This document shows positions 58,356 through 64,000 of a DNA stretch of 64,000 nucleotides, piece after piece. Positions within the stretch are counted from its first letter, which is position 1. Every line of letters begins with the position of its first letter. The notes beneath the pieces are model-generated. The model was not told where the DNA came from, made no database searches, and worked only from the letters and a program-made list of their open reading frames with translations. Position numbers and translations under genes: made by a program. The stretch is from positions 7,712,001 through 7,776,000 of the forward strand of contig OZ244999.1 of assembly GCA_965223265.1 (NCBI GenBank), written 5' to 3'. This DNA comes from Planctomycetota bacterium. GTDB taxonomy: Bacteria; Planctomycetota; UBA8108; SXIK01.

Positions 58356-59912
58356 TCAGAGTAGCGGTGACAACAGACGGCAAATCCCGTCGACTAGTAA
58401 GGAAACCCGGCCGATCTTGAGATTCTCGAGCGTGACTGCGTGGCCTTCCTGCGCGCGCTCCTCGATCATACGCTCACATGCCGCGCAAATCTCCCGATCC
58501 CCGAGCGACACGATACCCACTTCAAAGTTGTAGACGAAACTGCGCTGGTCAAAGTTTGCACTACCCAGATACAGCGTCTTACCGTCCACGATCACGAGCT
58601 TGGTATGATTGTAGTGCGGACCTGACTCGACGATTTGGATGCCGGCTTCAAGAAGCCGCTGATAGTAAGAGCGACCTGCACGATACACGATCGCATTCTC
58701 GGTCTGGGGACTGTTGAGGAAGAGCTTCACCCTAGCGCCACGCGCTGCCGCAGCAATCAGAGCCGTCGTCATCACCAGATCGGGAATGAAGTAGGGCGAG
58801 CTGATCAGAACGCTGTGCTCGGCGTGCGCGATCATCTCGAACAGTACCAGCCGTAGGCGGCGCTGCTCGCGGTCCGGGCCGTTCTCGATGCCGACGACCC
58901 ACGAATCGCCGACACTTTCTGTTGGCCCGAGGTAGGCGCTCACCGCGAGGTCCTCGCTTGCTGCCGTGTACCAGTCCTCCACGAAGACCCGGTGGAGCTG
59001 CTGAGTCACCGGGCCGCGCACTCTCACCATGACGTCGAACCAGTTCCCTTCGCCGTCGAGCTGCACATCGGTGGCGTACTCGACGCCGATATTGCGGCCG
59101 CCGGTGAAACTCGTGTGTCCGTCGACGACGACGAGCTTACGATGATTGCGCAAGTTGAGCGTCAACGGACGCTTGTGCCAGAAAAACGGCAGATACGCGT
59201 GGGCTTTGCCACCGGCACGCCGCAAACCCTTGAGCGCCTTGTCGCTGAGCCACCAGCTGCCCAAACTGTCGTAGAGGAGGCGCACCTCGACGCCTCGCTC
59301 TGCGGTCGCGGTCAACAAATCCAAGACGCGCTTGCCTGCGGCATCGGGCCGGAAGATGTACGTCTGGATATGAACGAACTCCTTCGCCTCCTCGACCGCG
59401 GCCTCGAGCGAGGCGAAAAAACTCTCGCCCGATGTCAGCAGCTCCAACTGGTTGCCCGCCACTGGACCGTCGTAGTCGAGGTGCTGAAAAAAGCGTTTGG
59501 AAAGGAAACGGCTGGTGCTTTCAGTTTCGCCGCCGCTCGGCGCGAGCTCGACAAGGCTGTCCTCGATGCCCGCCAGACGTGTGCGCCGAGTCCTCAGACG
59601 CCGTAGGCGCAAACGATGCGGCAGCAGGTAGTAAAACACTAGCCCCAGATAAGGAACGAGAAGAACGAAGAGCAGCCAGCTCAACGTTGTCGCCGGTGTG
59701 CGATTGGCGGTGAGCAGCTGGAACAGGACGAACCCGATCGCGATGACGTAGCCGGCAAAGAGAATCAGCCACGCGCCCTCCCAGCTCAGGAGGTCGCCGA
59801 ACGAGAAGGCCAAGACATCACTGGTCCGTAGAATCGCCGAGAGTTCGAGGGCCTTGCCCGTCAAGGTCGTCACCTCCAGCCGACTGAGACACACCGTGTA
59901 TGCAACCAGCAT
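58356..59912 (-). CDS. cls: Cardiolipin synthase (start uncertain)
   Basis: N-terminal TMs (SWLLFVLLVPYLG). Two HKD motifs, RNHRKLVVVDG and HTKLVIVDG. Also SPYFIPD and GSANFDQRS..NFE. Confidence 0.9.
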   Translation of the reverse strand: MLVAYTVCLSRLEVTTLTGKALELSAILRTSDVLAFSFGDLLSWEGAWLILFAGYVIAIGFVLFQLLTANRTPATTLSWLLFVLLVPYLGLVFYYLLPHRLRLRRLRTRRTRLAGIEDSLVELAPSGGETESTSRFLSKRFFQHLDYDGPVAGNQLELLTSGESFFASLEAAVEEAKEFVHIQTYIFRPDAAGKRVLDLLTATAERGVEVRLLYDSLGSWWLSDKALKGLRRAGGKAHAYLPFFWHKRPLTLNLRNHRKLVVVDGHTSFTGGRNIGVEYATDVQLDGEGNWFDVMVRVRGPVTQQLHRVFVEDWYTAASEDLAVSAYLGPTESVGDSWVVGIENGPDREQRRLRLVLFEMIAHAEHSVLISSPYFIPDLVMTTALIAAAARGARVKLFLNSPQTENAIVYRAGRSYYQRLLEAGIQIVESGPHYNHTKLVIVDGKTLYLGSANFDQRSFVYNFEVGIVSLGDREICAACERMIEERAQEGHAVTLENLKIGRVSLLVDGICRLLSPLL

Positions 59913-60045
59913 GCCGACCTTTCCCCGCCTTCCACCCAGCCGCTTTCATCAGCGACCGGCTCAGGCCACGCCGATTTGCCGGTTTGGCTCCAGTAATCTA
60001 TACTTTTTCGGTCGCCAACCCGAAAACAGGGGAGAGAAAAGAACG

Positions 60046-60291
60046 ATGTCCCAGCAAGACTTCGGCATTGGGCGTGTGTTTGGGATCGGAATCCTGGCCG
60101 TGGCGACGGTCATCGTGGGCGTCCTCGTCGTCGGGTCGATGCGACGCGGGGTCGACGCGAAGCAGGAGGTCGAGCGCGCCCGAAGCGACGTGAAAGCAGC
60201 CCTCAAAGTGCATCAGGAGACGGTCGAGAGCCTGCGACAAACTCAAGCGGAGGCCCTAGGCCTGCCTGGCCAGCTGCAACAGACCAGATAA
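60046..60291 (+). CDS. Small single-TM hypothetical protein
   Basis: GGGGAG RBS, then a TM helix and a short coiled coil. Confidence 0.6.
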   Translation: MSQQDFGIGRVFGIGILAVATVIVGVLVVGSMRRGVDAKQEVERARSDVKAALKVHQETVESLRQTQAEALGLPGQLQQTR

Positions 60292-60474
60292 CTTATTATA
60301 AACAAATTACTTAGGAAAACCTCCCTTTTTTTATCCGAGGGCCCTTGTGTGGAGGGCAGCTATTGAACGCCCGGTTTTCTGAAAGAGCCGGGCGTTTTTT
60401 TCGTGCGCCACCAGGGCTTTTTGGCCTGGGCGGACAACGTCCGCTGACCGGCAGCCCCCCTTCAAAGGGAGCCG

Positions 60475-61935
60475 TCAGGTGCCGTGGGCTCCTTGGAGAA
60501 GCGCCCGCAACTCCGCGAGGTCCTCCGCCAGTCCGACGCAGCGGTTCGGGTGAGCGGAGCCACGATTGCCGCCAAGCAGCTCCCTCTGGCGCCTGGCGCG
60601 TTGACGCACGTCCGTTAGCGCAGGAGCGTGGTAGACGAGCTCACCGCCGCGGAACACCGGCACGAGTAGGTCGGCGGCCTCTACCCCCTCGGCCGGCACT
60701 TCCCAGGCGTCGCCGCCGGCGAGCGGGACCAATCGACGGAGACGTGGTGCCGGGCTCGTCTCGTTGTAGATACAGTCCGCCACGAGCCGGCCGTCGCGGT
60801 GGTAACGGCGAACTTGCTGGACGCCCGGAATCGAAGCCTTGGCCGTGTCGTCTGAAGACTTGACCACATACCGCCACCCCTCTTCATCGCGTTCATCGCG
60901 ACCGAGTGCCCCAAGCTTGTAGACGCCGCCGAGCGCCGGCTGGTCGTGGCCCGTCACGAGCCTGGTACCCACGCCCCAAACGCCGACGCAAGCGCCTCGT
61001 TTCTTGAGCTCTTCGATGGCGTATTCGTCGAGATCGTTACTGGCGACGATCGCCGCCTCCGTAAACCCGGCATCGTCGAGAATCTTGCGCGCTGCAATGC
61101 TGAGCGCCGCGAGATCCCCCGAATCGAGCCGCACGCCCACCATCTCTTGGCCGCGACGACGCAGCCACTTCCCAGCTTCGATAGCGTGCTCCAGTCCGGT
61201 GAGCGTATCGTAGGTGTCGACGAGAAAAACGCAGTTGTTCGGCATCACTTCGGCGTACGCCTTGAACGCCTCGAGCTCGCTTTCAAAGCACATCACCCAG
61301 CTATGCGCGTGTGTTCCGCGCACCGGAATGCCATAGAGTCGACCGGCGAGAACGTTAGAGGTCGCGCTACAACCACCGATATATGCGGCGCGGCTCGCCG
61401 TGAGCGCTCCGTCGATACCCTGGGCGCGACGCAAACCGAACTCAAGGACTGCATCATCGCCAGCGGCCTGACAGATGCGCGAGCTCTTCGTCGCAACCAA
61501 CGTCGAAAAGTTGACGAGATTGAGGAGAGCGGATTCGATGATCTGGGCCTGCAGGATCGGACCACGCACGCGTACCAAGGGCTCGTGCGCGAACACCGCA
61601 GTGCCCTCGGGGACTGCGTCGACGTCACAGGAAAACTGGAAGCGCCGGAGAAATCGAAGAAACTCCGGCTCGAACAACGGTTCGCCGTCGCGCCCCGGAA
61701 TCGAGGAGAGATACCTCACCGCATCGTCGTCGAATGAAAATGCAGTGAGAAAATCGATGGCTGCAGCTAGGCCAGCTGCGATCGCGAAGCTGCCACCGAA
61801 AGGGTTGGACCGAAAAAAAAGGTGGAACACCGCCTCGCGGTCTTGCTCGCCGCGCTTCCAGTACCCTGCCGCCATGGTCAACTGATAGAGATCGGTCAGC
61901 AGAGCCAAGGAGTAGCCGGGACAGGCACGGTGCAT
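60475..61935 (-). CDS. pncB: Nicotinate phosphoribosyltransferase
   Basis: Motifs [45 protein letters not shown] and GGVYKL. Confidence 0.95.
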   Translation of the reverse strand: MHRACPGYSLALLTDLYQLTMAAGYWKRGEQDREAVFHLFFRSNPFGGSFAIAAGLAAAIDFLTAFSFDDDAVRYLSSIPGRDGEPLFEPEFLRFLRRFQFSCDVDAVPEGTAVFAHEPLVRVRGPILQAQIIESALLNLVNFSTLVATKSSRICQAAGDDAVLEFGLRRAQGIDGALTASRAAYIGGCSATSNVLAGRLYGIPVRGTHAHSWVMCFESELEAFKAYAEVMPNNCVFLVDTYDTLTGLEHAIEAGKWLRRRGQEMVGVRLDSGDLAALSIAARKILDDAGFTEAAIVASNDLDEYAIEELKKRGACVGVWGVGTRLVTGHDQPALGGVYKLGALGRDERDEEGWRYVVKSSDDTAKASIPGVQQVRRYHRDGRLVADCIYNETSPAPRLRRLVPLAGGDAWEVPAEGVEAADLLVPVFRGGELVYHAPALTDVRQRARRQRELLGGNRGSAHPNRCVGLAEDLAELRALLQGAHGT

Positions 61936-62266
61936 ACGATTCGTCCGTTGGGGGGTGGTTTCAAAGTCGCCGGGAATCGACGCCAGGCGGCGCTTTCGTC
62001 CACGAGCCGAAGCGACCATCTTTCGACACGGCGCCGCAGATTGCAACCAAGGCGCTCCGGGTGATGAGGCTGCGGACGCGGCAGCGACCGCCGCCGCCGC
62101 CTACAAGCGGTTCGGCTTCACCACGGACCTGCGGCTGCCTGGCGCAGCATCGCGTGCGTGCGGCTTGACAGTCACCGAACGAAGCAAGATCATGTGCTCC
62201 GGCCCACTGCCGCAGAGCTCGTCCGGCCGCTGTTATTCCGCTTTTATTGATGCGAAAGGCGCGTGC

Positions 62267-63505
62267 ATGCTCCAACGATCCATATCGTCCTGCTTGATCA
62301 TTCTCATGCTGGGTACTGTGGCAGTTTCGTGTCGAACCTCCTCCCAACGGGACCGCGGTGACGTCATTCGCGACCTGACGGCCACTCTCGCGCAGCCCGG
62401 TGATCTGGTCATGTTGCGCGACGGCGATGCGACCGTGATCGTCAGCCCTCGGCTCCAGGGGCGGATCATGACGATGATGGCAAAGAATCTGCCGCCATCG
62501 GGCTTCGTCCCGCTGCAGACGATTCAAGAGGGCGAAGTGCATCCGCACATGAACAATTTCGGCGGAATCGACCGCTTCTGGATCGGCCCCGAAGCTGGCC
62601 AATACGGTATCTACTTCCCCCCCGGCGCCGAGTTCAACCGCGACACCTGGCAAGTGCCCGCCGCCTTTGACACCGGGAAGTTTCCAGTCGCTTTGCAGAC
62701 TGAACACAACGTCGTCATGGAACGTGACATGGCGGTGACGAACTATCTTGGCACAGTGTTTCACGTCAAGGTCATCCGCGAAATCGGCATCATCACAGCG
62801 GGCGAGTTGCCGCTGGCGCGAGAGCTCGGTATCGAGTTGCCTGAAGGAGTGAGCTATGTCGGTGCCTATTCCGACAACCGAATGACCAACAACGGACGCC
62901 AAACCTGGTCGAAGGAAAGTGGCCTCATCGGGATATGGATTCTCGGGATGCTTGACGCGTCCGATGCGAGCTGCATCATTGCGCCGATCAAACCGGCAGC
63001 CGCAGGACCGCAGTTCAACGACGAGTACTTTGGTAAGGTCAGCGAAGAGGCGCCGGAGCGCATCAAAGTCGTCGATAGCGCAGTTGTCTTCCGCGGCGAC
63101 GCCCGGCGCGTCGGCAAATTCGGTCTGCGCCAAGCGCGCACCACCGGCCGAGCCGGGTCGTATGACTTCGAGACGAACGTTCTGACGATCGTCAGATTCT
63201 CTTTGCCCGAAGACCCGCACCTCTACGGCAATTCTATGTGGCAAAAGAATCAGGCAGAGCCGTACGGCGGGGACGCGTTTCAAAGCTACAACAACGGCGG
63301 CGCCACACCAGGCGAACTCGCCGCAGACGCTTTCTACGAGCTCGAAAGCGCTTCGCCCGTGCTGCCGCTGAGGCCCGGCGAGTCGGTAGAACACCGCCAC
63401 GCGACGTACCAGTTCAGAGGCTCGTACGCGCAGATGAGGTCGCTGGCGCAGGAGACTCTCGGTGTCGATCTCGATAGGGTGCGCGACGCACTACTTGGCG
63501 ACTGA
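62267..63505 (+). CDS. DUF6786-like lipoprotein (galactose mutarotase-like fold suspected)
   Basis: Lipobox AVSC. Motifs SPRLQGRIMT, GGIDRFWIGPEAGQ, IWILGM, YFG, YxNSMW and FYELESASP. Confidence 0.72.
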   Translation: MLQRSISSCLIILMLGTVAVSCRTSSQRDRGDVIRDLTATLAQPGDLVMLRDGDATVIVSPRLQGRIMTMMAKNLPPSGFVPLQTIQEGEVHPHMNNFGGIDRFWIGPEAGQYGIYFPPGAEFNRDTWQVPAAFDTGKFPVALQTEHNVVMERDMAVTNYLGTVFHVKVIREIGIITAGELPLARELGIELPEGVSYVGAYSDNRMTNNGRQTWSKESGLIGIWILGMLDASDASCIIAPIKPAAAGPQFNDEYFGKVSEEAPERIKVVDSAVVFRGDARRVGKFGLRQARTTGRAGSYDFETNVLTIVRFSLPEDPHLYGNSMWQKNQAEPYGGDAFQSYNNGGATPGELAADAFYELESASPVLPLRPGESVEHRHATYQFRGSYAQMRSLAQETLGVDLDRVRDALLGD

Positions 63506-64000
63506 ACATCACCAAGGTCGTTCGCTGTGCAGAAGCCGCCCCAATGGCGCGGCTATGGATTTCCGTGGACGTTCACAGCCTGGCCTTCTCACACGACTGC
63601 GTCGCTCTGCACGTTCCTCAGTGTCGAGCCCTGCGGCGACTGCCGATCGCGCGGCGCGTCACGACGCTACTCGGAACTTACGCGGCTCGATCGCATTGAA
63701 TAACTCCCTTTGGCGCGCGTCTGATTCGTAGTTCGAGACAAAAAAGAGACGAACGCCGCCGCCGGCACAAGCCTTGCGCTGGTTCTCGTCTTTCATTTCC
63801 AGACGCTACCGCTCTGTCGTTCCCGGATCGTTGACGACGAGCGCTGCTCTTGCGAGGAGGTGTGATTCATATGAGTGTGACCCGCCCCCGACTGTCCCCG
63901 ATTCTGCTCGCTTTTGCCCTCTGCACTCCGATTCTACTCCAGGGATGCTCCAGCGGCGGCGGGGGTGGCCACTCTTTGGAGGAGCCGACTGAGTACGAGC

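Overview
GC-rich bacterial DNA, very probably Planctomycetota. The lineage call rests on a DUF1501 / planctomycete cytochrome c-WD40 / DUF1549-DUF1553 cluster, an ECF sigma-Ser/Thr kinase pair, several PQQ-type propellers and planctomycete-style dockerins. About 37 protein genes can be supported. I found no rRNA, tRNA, CRISPR array, transposase or reverse transcriptase. Three loci stand out. (1) About 25.98-27.61 kb: a small four-helix-bundle (23S-IVP/Avd-fold) gene with a highly structured leader. It is bracketed by a ~54-bp imperfect inverted repeat and REP-like hairpins, and flanked by three hexamer/12-mer tandem arrays. This looks like an enzyme-less repeat/RNA cassette. (2) A dispersed cohesin-dockerin-like system: six dockerin-like modules in four secreted proteins, including a Doc-Coh-Doc-Coh-Doc scaffold downstream of an ECF/kinase pair. 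(3) A four-gene minus-strand operon encoding a non-catalytic FGE/CLec protein, a helical-repeat protein, an atypical Hsp70 with a CxxC...CxxC insert and a Ycf46-like AAA+ ATPase. All family assignments come from reading motifs by eye; no database searches were run.
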